Assembly (NCBI RefSeq): GCF_020745735.1
Contig: NC_083409.1
Span: 36,228,048 to 36,292,047 of the forward strand
Reading direction: 5' to 3'
Length of the DNA stretch: 64,000 nt
Source: Hemiscyllium ocellatum
Lineage: Eukaryota
The notes beneath the pieces were generated by a model that worked only from the letters and a program-made list of their open reading frames with translations, had not been told where the DNA came from and did no database searches. Position numbers and translations under genes: made by a program. Positions within the stretch are counted from its first letter, which is position 1. Each line of letters begins with the position of its first letter. This document shows positions 24,601-38,087 of the stretch, piece by piece.

Positions 24601-26725
24601 ATATGGGGAGAACTCTATTGAATTCATGTGTGAATGTTACAGTTGGCAATGGCTCCCATCCTTGCCAAAATAAAAATTAAATTGGCCGCTTTTTATGTGT
24701 CTACTGTTTGAAAGAAAAGGAAACTGAAAGCAAAGTTCGGTTGACATTGTCCCCAGCAAAACAATCCAGGGACAGGGACAGTTAAACTTTAAATCCTTTC
24801 GAGGCATTAAAGATTTATCTGGTTTTTAAGGGATGCTGGGGACTGATGTGACCAACCCATCCTTTTGAGAGCTAACCAGCCAAGCCAGCCCAACCACAAT
24901 ACCAATAACTTGATGTGTTTAGCCATGTGTGGCAGGGCATCCTGGTGATTTCAACCTGACTGGCAAGGCAGAGGTGGGGGTATTGTATCCATGACATGAT
25001 GGCCAAATTTACCAACAGACCCTCCTTCTCCACATGACCATGTAAACGGTGATGAATTAGAAAACAACAGATAACTGCTCAAGCAGACTTTGTGTTCTTT
25101 TTTGGAAGGCTTTCTTTTTAAAATAATGAGTCCAGTGACTTCACAATGTTTTGACTATGATGTCATAAATCAGTAACCATGCAAACATTTGAAAACACAA
25201 TAAACAATGAACAATAACTACTGTGCCTCCCCATTTCAGGTTGAGACAACGTGGAGTGAACACTGGAGAGTTTTAATTCTGCGTTTTCAGGTGCGTATGC
25301 TTTTTTTTCCCTCTCTCTTATTAGTGTGATTAGAAATAATACTTGTTGAAGCAGAAAGAAAGGAAGAATACCTTCATGGTATCATTCTCGGTTGTGAGAA
25401 ATGTAATTTGATGTAATCTGAAATCATTTGTACAAAGAAATTAGATTTTAGTCCATGTTTCACAGAAAGGAAAACTGGAAATGTGAACACAAATATAGGG
25501 GTAACCCTACTGAATTCATGTGTGTATGTTGCAGTTGACAATGGCTTCAACTCTTGTCAGTACTAAAATTAAATTGGCCACATTATTGGGTCAGCTTTTT
25601 GATATTAATCTAGCATGACCATAAGATCCCATTATCTCAAGAATTTGAAGAAAATCAGTGAAACTGTCCCTTGCACATTGTCAAATATTTATCCCTCAAT
25701 CTTAAATGGAGGAACTAGTTATTAATACTCGGATATTGGATATTCATGAAACTTTACTGTATGCGCACTATCCAGTGCCTTTCCTACTTTACAGCATAGT
25801 CGAGAACAACTAGATATAGAAAGCCTTAAGGAAATCCTTCCAGATGTGGAAGGTGGTCTGTTAGAGTGAAGCTCTATTGAGTTTCATTTTGACGTGAAGT
25901 ATCTGAAGGATAATGCCCTTGGCTGGTCAGTTGACAAATTAAACTTTTAATTTTTCTAAGGAACGGCAGGTAGATATTGAAGGGGCAAATGAATAATAGA
26001 CAGATGTAATTGCACTAATGTCAGCATATCATATGTTTTGGTCCGATATTTAAGTTTGATGCCAGTCTTTGTATTTTTGTGTTGAATCTCGTTTTGACTC
26101 ATGATGTTTTCAAATTTCTTTTCAAACTCACTACATTTCAACGAGTGATCTCGCAGCATCGCACTTCTATTTTGATTCAGAAAGGTAAGAACTATCCTTA
26201 GTTCTTCACACTCATCAAACTCCAATCCAGTGGTATCTTGTTCACCGTGTCCAGGCATTCTTTAACATATTCATTTAAAAATGATTTTAATTTACATATA
26301 ACTTTGCATGCTACTTTGAGCCATTTTCTGACACTCTCATCTCTGCCATATCCAACTGGATAATAACATCAGTGTTGCAAGACACCTGTGAAAAGGAATA
26401 ATTGTCAGCCTTGCATCACTGGCAGCAGTGTGTCTCCAGTGTCAGACATTTCTCAGTTGTAACAATGAGGACTGATATGGCCACCCCTTTGAACAACCTA
26501 AACATACAGGGTGAGCAATGAATGATCGGGCATCCAACTGTTGTCTCTACAGTTTCCCAGCTATGTTCTCCCAACTCCCCAGGCTGGTTTCAGTCATCCA
26601 CTTGACTGACCATGACGCAGTAACTGACCTGCAGAGGTATGGATTCCAAGAACCTGACTGCCTCTGATGGCCAAATGTCAGTGCCCCCACCCCTGGATTA
26701 CTGCTCTTGACTAATCCACTAAAAT

Positions 26726-27039
26726 GGGTGGCACGGTGGCACAGTGGTTAGCACTGCTGCCTCACAGCGCCAGGGACCTGGGTTCAATTCCCGCCTCAGG
26801 CGACTGACTGTGTGGAGTTTGCACATTCTCCCCGTGTCTGCGTGGGTTTCCTCCGGGTGCTCCGGTTTCCTCCCACAGTCCAAAGATGTGCGGGTCAGGT
26901 GAATTGGCCATGCTAAATTGCCCGTAGTGTTAGGTAAGGGGTATATGTAGGGGTATGGGTGGGTTGCGCTTCGGCGGGTCGGTGTGGACTTGTTGGGCCG
27001 AAGGGCCTGTTTCCACACTGTAAGTAATCTAATCTAATC
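26726..27039 (+). mobile_element. HE1-type SINE, full length
   Basis: Near-identical to 65-380 and 9043-9385. Confidence 0.9.
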
Positions 27040-30000
27040 AATCCTGAATGTACGTTGTCTCCCTACTTCATCTGTAGGTTACCCTCTTTAGAAGTTGGGA
27101 TAATGCTTCCAGGATGTGCAAGACATATATATATATTTATTCACAAATATGTTAAAGTGAAAGCTTTGTGAATTTTAATTTTGAATAGCAAACTATGACT
27201 TCAGCATTGAGATATTTTTAAGGAAGAGCAAAATGATATCGAAAGACCAATATAATCATGGACACATGTAATTGCTTTGAAGTTAGCAGTTGATAATTAT
27301 TGGTCCAGTATTCTAGTTTAATGGCATTTTTTTCTCTTTTTATGTTGAATTTTGTTTTGACTGTCACAATGTTTTCATTTCACTTGTAGAACTCACTTTC
27401 AATCATCTGAATGATCTCACTGAGACACTCTGATTCCTATACTTCTATTTTGATTCGGAAAGGTAAGAGCTATCCTTAGTTCTTCACATACCACAAACTC
27501 CAATCCATTGATATCGTGTTCTTCATATCCCTCATTTGGTCACGCACTCAGACAATTATATTTTAATTCACATATAATTTTTGCCTGCTCTTTTGATCTA
27601 TTTGCTGACTCTCATCTCTGCCATATCCTACTAGACAATGACACTAGTGTTGCATGACATCTGTGAAAAGGAGTAGTTGTTGGACTTGCAGCAGTGGCAG
27701 AAGTTTGCCCCTCCCCAGAGTCAGACATTTCTTAGTTATAATAATGCTGAGCACAATGAGGACTGATAGTGAAAGGTTTGTTGAGTTTCATTTTGAGGGA
27801 TCTCAAGTGTATGAAAGTTTGAGGTTCTGGTCTGCTCAGTTGGCCTGTTACATTTTCCATTTTTCTCAGCAAGAGCAAGTTGATATTGAAAGTGTAAACA
27901 AACATTTATGTTTACCACGGAGGATTGTCCTTCTCAATCTCTGCCCTCGCCTGACCCTCAGGTTAAACAACCACCAGTTGGCGACATTGGCGACTTTATA
28001 TTTGAGAAATGTTGGTCATTTTGGCATAAACATGCTGTTTTTTTTAATAATAGCTTTAGATCTGGAAATAGCTGTAGCTGAACATTTCAAATTCGAGCTA
28101 TGTCAGTTAGGTGAAATCCCGAGATAGATATTTTAGCCAAACTTTTGTCAAGTGCAACTTCTGAAGACTATCATTCAAAATTTCAAAACTGTCATTTTAG
28201 TTGTGTCAGTGTATTAATGGTAAATGAATAAAAGATGAGTAATTGGAGTTGAGATAGAAATGGGTCGTGATACAATTCTCAAGTGGCCTTATTCATATGA
28301 ATTCAAAAAATATAGTTTGTGTGCTGAGACTTTAGCAAGCAAAATGTAAGACAAACTGAGTAACAAATGTATACCATGTACTAGGGTAGAGATCCATTAA
28401 AATGTTCCCACTTAATATTAATTAAATAACTGGTAAATGTATTGTTTTATTTTTGATTGAAGACTGATATAGAATAATGATCTAATTTCTGTCCACAATG
28501 AATGCAAAACGACTATATAATCATCAAAAGGAATTGGGTCCCTTGATGTAACATAGTGGATGTGGTGAAGATAACTGTCAGGTCTTTAATAAATTTTTAA
28601 TAATCACCATGACTGGGAATGAACTTGTAACCACAAAGTGCAATGTTTTAATCGGGTTTAACTGTGGACCTTAGATAGTGTTTCATTCACTGGCCAAATT
28701 TTGCTGCTCTTCCATATGCAAGGCCTGACAACCTTCAGTCAACGAAATCCAAATTTGAATCAGGTTTGCAAACCAATTCCTAAATTCAAAACAAGAAAAG
28801 AACCTGTCGTCATCTGTCAGGCAATCCTTCTGTTCACTAGCATGTTGTAGTATTATGACTATTAAAGGAAAACCGAACAAGTTCATGTGGAACTCTACTT
28901 AATTTTTGAAACCTGAATGTGCACACTTTAATTGATTTTCTTCACTGTGTAATTAACTTTATTAGCGCCTCCAGTCTGCTTTACTTGAAATATTAATATC
29001 ACCTTCAAATATTTCCTCCATCCCTGTTGATTGCTTATTTATTCCAACTGTTTAATATGGTGGAAAGCACATGAGTTTTCATTTATCTCCACACATGCTA
29101 TGCATTGAGCTACTGTGACTTATTGCATTTGATTATGTGTTTTTCATTTTTCTGGCATTGTAACAACTTAGAAATACTGGAGGGCAGATCCTTCCATAGC
29201 CTATCCTTCCCTGTCTTCTGTTGCACCATGCAAGGCATGGGAAGGAAAGGCGTGAGAAGAAGTCTAGAGGAATGAGGGAAAAACTCAGGGAGGGAAGATA
29301 TCCAGAATGTCCATTGTGTGACCCTTAGATATACAGCACAGCACTAGATTTCTGAACAGCTCTTTTGAGAACCTAGGATCGTTAAGGTGGAAGGCTTCTA
29401 TGTTGTTACCTGGAAAGTTAAAAATTTATATGACACGAATTGACTTGATGGTAATTAGGGGAGTGAGTATGACGAGTCAGGGATTCAACAGCCTAGTTCT
29501 TCCATGGCAGAACAGATGGAAAGAACCATAAATAGTGTGAGAGTGGAAGGAACAGAGGTTTCATGCATTTAAAGGGTCAAAGCAATGTATTCACAGCTGG
29601 TTGCCATTATCTTAGTAATGTAATAGTTTTACTTTAATAGTTTTACTTTTTTATTGTTTAGGCATGGACATTACATAATTTTTCTTACTGAGCTTGTCAA
29701 TATGGTTGTAAAATATCAATTTATTTTATGTTATTTGTCTTATTAGATTAAAATGATATATATAAACATATATAAACAAATAGAGCATTAGTGCTTTTAC
29801 TTAACAAGGAAGTGAGTGAAAATTGGGGGCAGGATTGAGGTGGTAAAGCAAAACAGCACAGACAAAAGTTAAAGGCAATAATTACGGATTTAAGTCACCA
29901 TGATAACATTATGTTTGGAGGCTGACTTAGGATAGGATGCCAGAAAGAACATGGCCTAATTTCTGCTGAAACCAATTAAAATACAAGTACATAGTTAGTG

Positions 30001-31649
30001 GTTTTCTGTGACATGCAATTGTGCCATATCTGGACACTCACTGAGATTTCAATTTACTCACTGAGACACTCACAGGAAGCTTGTTGCCTGTAGTTAGTGT
30101 CCAGCCATTTGATAGACTGCACTGATATTGCCTTTCAGCCAGATTCACTTCTGGGAATAGATGGGCATAAGCTGGCTGCCACTTTCATAAATATTATGGA
30201 CCACACATCAAAATGCATGTCATTGGCTGTAAAAAACATTGGAATGTCTGCATGTTGCAAATGACAATTTTATAAATACTGGACCCTTTCTCAATTTAAA
30301 AGGCAATGTTACAGGATTTCCACTGCCTTTTGAGGGTTATCCAGTGACCTGCAAAATGTATTAGCAACTTTTTAATGCAGCAACATGTCCCAAATGTTTC
30401 AGAGTTGTAAAGTAAGGCAAGAGTGAGAAGTTGTTCAGACTAAAAAGGCAAATATATATCTGCTGAGTTAACTGCTGTCTACACAAATGACAATAAAATA
30501 TTAGAATTTCCCTTGGTGTCTCTGCATAAGGGAGCAGGATATTGGTCAGGAAACACGGTCATTTGACATTCCATAGACCTCCTGCTTGACTTACTAACCT
30601 CTTCTGTTCAAGGTAATCCAGGCAATTTGATTGATATTAATGGATGTTCCCTGCAGACCCGTGTTGCACAAAAGAAAAATGATATAGGATTTAGATATTT
30701 CACTTGAATATATTACCTCATTGACTAAGTTACATACCTAATTTTCAATTTTACTTTTCCTTTATATACAATGCAAAACATGTGTAAATTGGATGCTAAA
30801 GTCAAATCAAATCAGGTATTTTGTTACACTTATCATGAAGCTTTCTGATTTAACAATTAGGTGTAGTTCGATTTGTCTTTATTGCTGTAATAGCAGACTC
30901 TTATTAAATTACTATAGTCATCTGAACTGTCTATTTGAGGAGACATGGGAGCCTTTGTGATGTGAATTATTCATGACAAGTGACCAAATTGTCAAAGACA
31001 CTCACAAAACAATTTTTAATCTAAATGCTTGCTTAGGGAGCAACCATCACTGCTGTTTTGATCAAACTCTAGAAAAATTCATTATTTTTGATTCAGCATT
31101 TCAGTTGTAAAGTGTCATATGTTTGCCTGCCATTGTCTCCTCAATAATTTTCAATGTGTTTCATTGTCAATCATGCTATGACAATAGATGGCATTCTACC
31201 AACCTTGTTGCACAAGGGCACAGATATGTGCCAATGTAACTACTGTAGATGAGTAATCTAGACTTATGAGCCTGTTGTTTGAGTGACACAAATTCAAATC
31301 CCAGAACAGCAGCTAAGAGTATTTAAATTCAATTAATTAGTATATTCAGAATGAAAAATGGTCTTAATAATAGTGACTACAAGCTACTCAATTGCTGTGA
31401 AAACCTAGGAGAAAAGCTATCTATTGCACAAATGTCCTTCAAAGTAAGAAATATGCTATCCCTTCATTTTGTTGAATCTATTGTGGTCCAGAATCACGAC
31501 AATATGGTTATCTCTTAACTGCCCACTGAAATAACTGAGAATGCAACTGTATGGGATCATAACAAATGTTAATAGGAGTAAAACTGGACTGACCACCTGG
31601 TATGTATCTGTGCATCAGATACCACAATGGCACATCATGACAATTCCGT

Positions 31650-31930
31650 CCTTTCAGTTCTGACTTACTGTTATCCTGGATTTACATCAACATTAGAGGA
31701 GCAATAGTCTGATATAGTCATGTTCGCTGAATCATATCTTACAGATTCCAGACTCCCACCTCACTACCTTGCTTATGTTCCTCCCCACCAGCAGGACAGT
31801 TCCACCAGAGGTGGTGGCACGTGGGTGTGCAGTCACAAAAAAATGGTTCAATAGTTCACAGCACTAACTCTGACCTCGAATCAGTCTCATGGTATCAGGT
31901 CAAATATGGAAAAGGAAACATCCTACCAAT
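31650..31930 (+). mobile_element. Degenerate LINE APE-endonuclease fragment (CR1/L2 group)
   Basis: Residual DIVMFAESYLTD, QQDSSTRGGGT and SHGIRSNMEK-like segments typical of LINE endonuclease. Confidence 0.45.
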
Positions 31931-34855
31931 TTCTCTCAGCTGATAGCTCCAAAGTTCAGTGAATCTTTAAGAAATATACAATTACAAATTAGGAACAGAA
32001 AGAAGATATTCACCTCTTTGAATCTACTCCAACATTCAATAACTATTTGTGTTCTGACTTGTAACTTGCCCTCACCCTCTACCCCTAATAGCCATTGATT
32101 CCATTGACCAACAGGAATCTACTTATCTCTATCTTAACAAGAGTCAATTAATTATTAATCGCAATTTGTTACTCTAGTCATGTTATACAATGCCAATTCT
32201 AATATAAACTATTCTCTGATTAGTTCCAGAATGTGCTGTTCTGAACAACTATTTTGAAAATATTCTATTCGTTCGCCATCAAGGTAACTCCTGTTACCAA
32301 TCCAATGTTTTCAGTTTATGTGTAGGTTAAAATTATCCAAGCTTATTCCTGTCCCTTTATCACAAGCTTTGAATATTCTATTGCATATATGTCCCCTACA
32401 TTATGGATATTGTTCAGGGACCTGTGGATCATTCCCATGTGAGTTCTGTAGGTCTGCCAACCTGAACAGGTAGTGATGTTAACAAGGGTAGCAGGTGCAT
32501 GGGAACACCACTGTCTGTTTATTCACCTCCAAGATATCACTGCCCTGTCTTTGAAGTACATTTTCATTCTTTCACTCTGTCAAAATTCTGGAACTCTATC
32601 TCTCTCAGCTCCATGAGTGCACCTCTACCACAAAATTACTTCTGGCATCCTCCAATGTACCCCTCACTTAAGCTGCAGGATGGGGGTTACAGGTTGTTGT
32701 TGAATTCAGTTCCACATATGCTGATGACCCACTGGGCCTTATCAGTCCCCAACTTTTATACTATTGAGCTACTTGGTGAGGGACATTGAAGATCCCATCC
32801 AAAGTACCTTTAACCCTGAATGCTTCATCCATGTGGTATTCAACATGGAGATAAACTGATAAGTTGAAAACAGGGTGGTGGTGGAGGGTGGGGGGAAAGG
32901 TGGTAATCAGCATGCTCATGTTTGACCCAATGCCTTGAAATGTCAGATTGTTCAAAGTCAAAGTAGAGGAATCTCAGGACTCTGACAACCTCCTGGCTGT
33001 ATACCTTTGATCCTCCCCAGCTCTGTTGTGTCTACTCGCCAGTGGGACAAGAATGTTGATGGAGGAGGCTGAAGCATTGGCTAAAAGGTATGATATATGA
33101 TATGACTAAGCCAGGCAGTTTCTTGAGTTGTTTGTTGGACAGCTCTCCAAATTTTGGCACAATTCCCCGTTGATGTTTAGGAGGATATTGCAGGGTCAAC
33201 TGAGCAAGATATGCTTTTGTTACTTCCTGATTTGATTTTGGATGGTCCATCCAACTTTATTCTTTATCTTTTTATGACAATGACATACTGGGCCATTTCA
33301 GAAGGTAGTTAATAAAGAATTCATAACATTGCTGTGGATCTGGAGCCATATTTAGGCCACAGTAAGTAATGATGTCAGATCCCTCCCCTGAAGGCCATAT
33401 GGGGATGAAATGGTTTTCCATTTGTCCAACTCTTTGTCCTGCTTGTTCCATTATGATTATTAGTGTCTAAAATCCTAGTCCAAATGTATTAGTTAATTAC
33501 ATTGAAATTCCTTTAGCATTGTGATGGTATTTGAAATAATGATTCCAGAGCTACAAGTCTGAACTTCAGAATTTCATTTGCTGGTACCATTAGCACAATG
33601 TCACCATTCCCAATTTTACCAGACAACATGAATAATTTAGGATGGTATTGAAAACAAATAATGCAGTTGGAAGTGTGATGAGTATGAGTGAAGAGTTCTG
33701 AAAAAGAGCCATGCAAGACTCGAAACATTCACTCTATTTCTCCATTCACAGATGTTGCCAAACCCAGCACTTTCTGTTGGTATCAACTTTGATGGCACCT
33801 GTTTAATTTGTGGGGGAGGGGTAAATTTTCAGAACTCTTCACTCTTCACTCATACTAGGATGGTAGCAGCAACTTTTGTTTTCACTTGAATTCCTGCATT
33901 CATTTGCTCTATTATATTTTTGTGCTGCTCATAACATACCATCAACAGAGCCAAACTAGTGCAGACACACCAGGTCTGATGTGCCACATTGAACAAAACA
34001 GTGTAGGCTCTGATTTTTGCAAAAGGTATCTGCATGCTTAATCCTTATGTGTTCATCGGAATAAAACCTTTTTCAAAGTGATATCAAAATACGACTAATT
34101 AGATTCATAGTCATACGGCATGAGCAGTTTAAATGCTTTACAAAGAACTACTGTGCATTGGTTAAGGTGTAGTCAACATTACCTTTTACATAATACCACA
34201 GTCAATTTGTTTGTAACCTTTATTATTATTATTTTTATTGGATTTCTTTGAGGGATAAATGTTGGCCGCAGAAAGAGCAGAGTTTCTTCATTTTTGTTCA
34301 AAAGTGCCATTGAATCTGATGTCCAACTAAGCAGGCAGTTTAAAGTCTTGTACAATGCAATTTTTTTTAACTGTAATTGGGGAGTTTGGGTGAAAGTTTG
34401 AACCAAGACTCAATCTGATTTTGAGATAGGTACAAAGGATCCCATGGTACTATTTCAACTGTCCTTGGCATTTTACCTTTGGCAAAGAGCATTATTCAAA
34501 GGAAATAATAGATTATCCGGTCACTATCACATAGTTTTGCATTCCAACAGTAAATACACTTAATTAATTAGAAAGTGCATTGGAATTTCTTGAGTTTGAA
34601 TGTGCTATCTAATGGCAGGTGTGGTGTGTCTCTGTTGTTGTAAAAGACAACACCTGAAAGAATTTGCTGATCTTAGGAAATAAGCTCTACCTATCAATAT
34701 CTAAAGGAGTGCTCCTGGTCGGTGTGAACCAGTGAGTTGAAGTTGCTCAGTTGTCTCTAAGTTGTATACTAGAATGTTGCAGTAGGGAAAATGTGTAATT
34801 ATTCATAAATAAAGCCTGAAGTCTCACAAAAAACAATCAAAGTCGAAAAAGATAG

Positions 34856-34975
34856 CGCTGTAAAAGCACAGCAGGTCAGGCAGTATCAGGAATATGATGA
34901 AGGGCTTATGCCCAAAACGCCTACTCCCCTGCTCATCGGATGCTGCCTGACCTGCTGTGCTTTTCCAGTGCCACC
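34856..34975. mobile_element. Inverted Penelope termini with decayed hammerhead core
   Basis: AAAAGCACAGCAGGTCAGGCAGTATC ... GATGCTGCCTGACCTGCTGTGCTTTT inverted arms around ATGATGAAGGGCTTATGCCCAAAACG. Confidence 0.7.
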
Positions 34976-35799
34976 CGTTTCGATTAGAATTGTGTAAGGC
35001 AGTTAACAAAACTAAATATTGCTCTTCCACTTTAGAATCCAAGCTTTCAAACAATAAAAAAAATACTATGAGCCTTAATCACAGAATGAGGCAAGTCTCC
35101 TCTTTTTAAATAAATAATTTGGGCTGCAGCAAATATTTTGAATTTTTTTAGTCTTTAGCTAGACCTACCCCAATAACAATAACATGTGCTAGTTAAACAG
35201 GATGGAACATGGTACCAATTATAAGCAAGAGTCTTTCAGTTTAGGCTTTTATTAAACTCTATTTATTACATAATTTCAAACCATACATAGTAATCTGAGA
35301 TTGACTAGGTTCTGAACTTATTGTTACAATGTTAAGAGACAGTTGTCTATATGTCCATCTGTCTTCAATTGGTCTGTTTAGTTCCACCCATGCTTTGCTA
35401 TTTATGCCATGTAAGAAGTTGCTCAGTGATGTCATAAAAAGATTGCTCCAAGGTCCTGAAGCCCTCATTCAGTAAGGTGCTCTTTAGAGATTGAATTTAA
35501 CATGGTTTCTATGCAACTAGCCATACTCAAAGTGTTCAGACCAGATTCGGGCTTCACTTCACAGCAAGTTATCATCTCCTTTTAATGGGAAAATAAAGTC
35601 ATCTTAAAGCCAAGGAAATAATTCTGACATTAAATAGATATTTCCAATAACTTAAATAATCTAATAAATAATAGATATCTTTCACAATTTTAAGTGGAAC
35701 TCTCAAGCTAAGACTATTGTAAAGTTGTTTAAAACACAGGAAATTGCAATTATATTAACATGGGAACTGCAATGACATTAACGTGACTAAAAAAAGTCC

Positions 35800-36375
35800 A
35801 AATTGGAGGAGGAAGGTGGCTGAGAGATAAATAGAGGGGTGGGAAGGGGTGCTGGTGGGGAGAAAGTGATAAGTGGATGCTGGTGGGAGGTAATTGTGAT
35901 TGTTCAGTGGGGAGGGTGGAGTGGATAGGTGCAAATGGAGACAGACAGTTAGGACGTTGGAGGGTTGGATCTGGGATGAGGTGGGGGCGGGGAAATTTGA
36001 AAATGAGTGAAGTTGATATTGATGCCGTGTGCCTGACGGGTTCTAAGGCAGAAGTCATGACGTTCTTCCTCTAGTTGGTGGTGGCTTTGATTTGGCAGTA
36101 GAAGAGGCTCAGGACTTGCATGTCCCTGGAGGAGAGTGGGAAGAGAAGTTGAAGTTATCGACCACAGTTTGGTACATGTGTCGTAAAGATATTCCCTGAA
36201 ATACTCTGCGAGTTGGCGTTCTGTCTCCCCGATGTAGAGGAGACCACGTCGAGTGCAATAAACGCAGTAGGGGTGAGGTGGGTGGATGTCCAAAAAAATC
36301 TCTGGATGTGAAATTATCCTTTAGGACTTTGGACAGAGGTGAGTGGGGGAAGGTGTGGACGCAGGTTTTATCACT
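35800..36375 (-). mobile_element. Degenerate Penelope GIY-YIG fragment
   Basis: YCVYCTRRGLLYIGETERQLAEYFRE; homologous to the 14800-15240 region. Confidence 0.8.
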
Positions 36376-37932
36376 GATCTATCACGATGCACCTTTTTTT
36401 AAAAATGCACCGTTTATTTCTTGTCTAGTATCTCTGTTGCAGTCCAGCCCTTAGATCATTGAATCAACTGTACAATGTTGTTTGGTACTTACGACATGAT
36501 GTCTTTTGTTTATTTGTGAATTTCCTCTGCTATCCAGGAAAGTAGTGTAGTGTTGGCCATAGACCAAGATAGAACCTTTAATAATTTCCTCAAATGTATT
36601 CAAATGGAATTATTTGCATATAGCTAGAAGAAAGAAGATGGAAGGTAAACTAGACAGGGCTAGGTTCAGCAGCGGGGCAGTGGGATCTGCTCGATGGGTG
36701 AGGAGAAGGCAAGGGGAGTAGCTGAAAAGATATGAACTGGAAGGTTCTCAAACTTTATTAAGGACTGTTTTATGTTAGTAACAGTGCATTAATGTCAATT
36801 TTATTTGTTCAATGCAGACAATTAGTAGAAATGATATTAGTAGAGAAGATTTAATTCCAGTTTTGAAAATGTTAGTTAAAACTCCAAAGAATTAGGTATA
36901 TAAAAAATTTAGCTTTTTTAGTGTGCCTATCAATTTTTAAACTATCTATACAGTAGTCTCATGGCTACAGACTTTCAGATTAGTGCTACCATTCTGCATA
37001 GGTAAGGTACAATCATTTCTGAATATCTCCTCCTCGTAGAGTGTGTACTTCATGGCTGCTTGTCTCTCTTGAGTCCACAAGACACAATGTAGTGGAAAAG
37101 ATATCACATTTCTGAGGCATGTTAGCGCAGGATAGAGAGAGCAACAGCTTGAACAGCAGACATTATTGTACTGTGCTTGGTGTCAGTTCAAACCATAATG
37201 GTTGTTCTCCTAAAAACTGATCATAAATTATAGAATTTTGCTGCATCACATCAAGAATGTGTAAAATTAAAAAAAACACAATATAGGCAATATAATGAAG
37301 CATGAAAAATGAAGTCAGTAATGTGAAATAGATTTGTGTGAGGAATAGAGGTGTGTGCATTTGGAAAAAGGTGTAGGTAACAATCTGTATTGACAGGTGC
37401 TGAAACAAAGTGATAACTCATTGCAATACCTCTAACCTTAATAAGCTTACTTTGTTGACATGATATTCAATTATTGTCAGAAACTGTGATGAACTGTGCA
37501 TAGCTGAATGAGATTGAACAAATAAAACAATGATTGCATTGAATATGACTAACAACTGAATTCTAAATGTTGTGAGCACAAATTGATTGCACTAGTATAT
37601 TGCCTGCAGCAAGTCTAGTGAACCAATCAGTCTGGATTAGCTGCCCTCCATTTATCTCTCGAATAACTAACTACACTCAAAGAATCAAGACCTTGCAGCT
37701 TGAGTGTTTGCTGACTTCATGAGCAGATTAAGGTTAGATTTGGCAAGAAAAAGAGTTCAGGTTAAAGCTACTATCTGGAATCAGAGACAATGGGACTGTA
37801 CCAAAAAAAAATTCAGACCTTTTATCGTCGTTACCATGTTAATGTAAATGTAATTTCCCTGTCTTTTAAACAACTTTATAATAGTCATAATTTGACAGTT
37901 CCACTAAAAATAGTTGAACGAGGTTGACAAAT

Positions 37933-37999
37933 TTTATTATACATTCCATTGTACTTCCTGCACAGAGCTTATGAAAAAGCAATGACAGTGGAATTTATT
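37933..37999 (-). promoter_or_regulatory. Candidate APOBEC4 polyadenylation signals
   Basis: AATAAA on the minus strand at 37994-37999 and 37933-37938, about 90 and 150 nt after the stop codon. Confidence 0.45.
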
Positions 38000-38087
38000 G
38001 AAACAATTAGTAGACCTTACTCCTGTTTAAAAGTGATTTCATTTTCACTCAGAAACTCAACCAGTTTGGAAGAGCTGTTTTTGTCAG

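Larger units (their letters stand above)
13790..27900. repeat. Mosaic local segmental duplication of unassigned sequence
   Basis: Shared modules recur at about 13790-14520, 20070-21400, 22355-25585 (several copies) and a second block at about 19140-19800, 25860-26480, 27130-27780; interrupted by unrelated TEs. Confidence 0.85.

Noticed and set aside
25956-26258. HGEQ and nearby SPC-like text suggesting a decayed deaminase paralog near APOBEC4
   Set aside because: HxE is present in only one of three copies, SPC is in a different frame and copy, and no second Cys is correctly spaced
13790-27900. CRISPR-like or satellite interpretation of the repeats
   Set aside because: Units are hundreds of bp, irregularly shuffled, with no short repeat-spacer periodicity; eukaryotic context
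27654-28127. 157-aa plus-strand ORF
   Set aside because: Runs across the end of a duplicated block and unrelated sequence, is not open in paralogous blocks and has no recognisable motif
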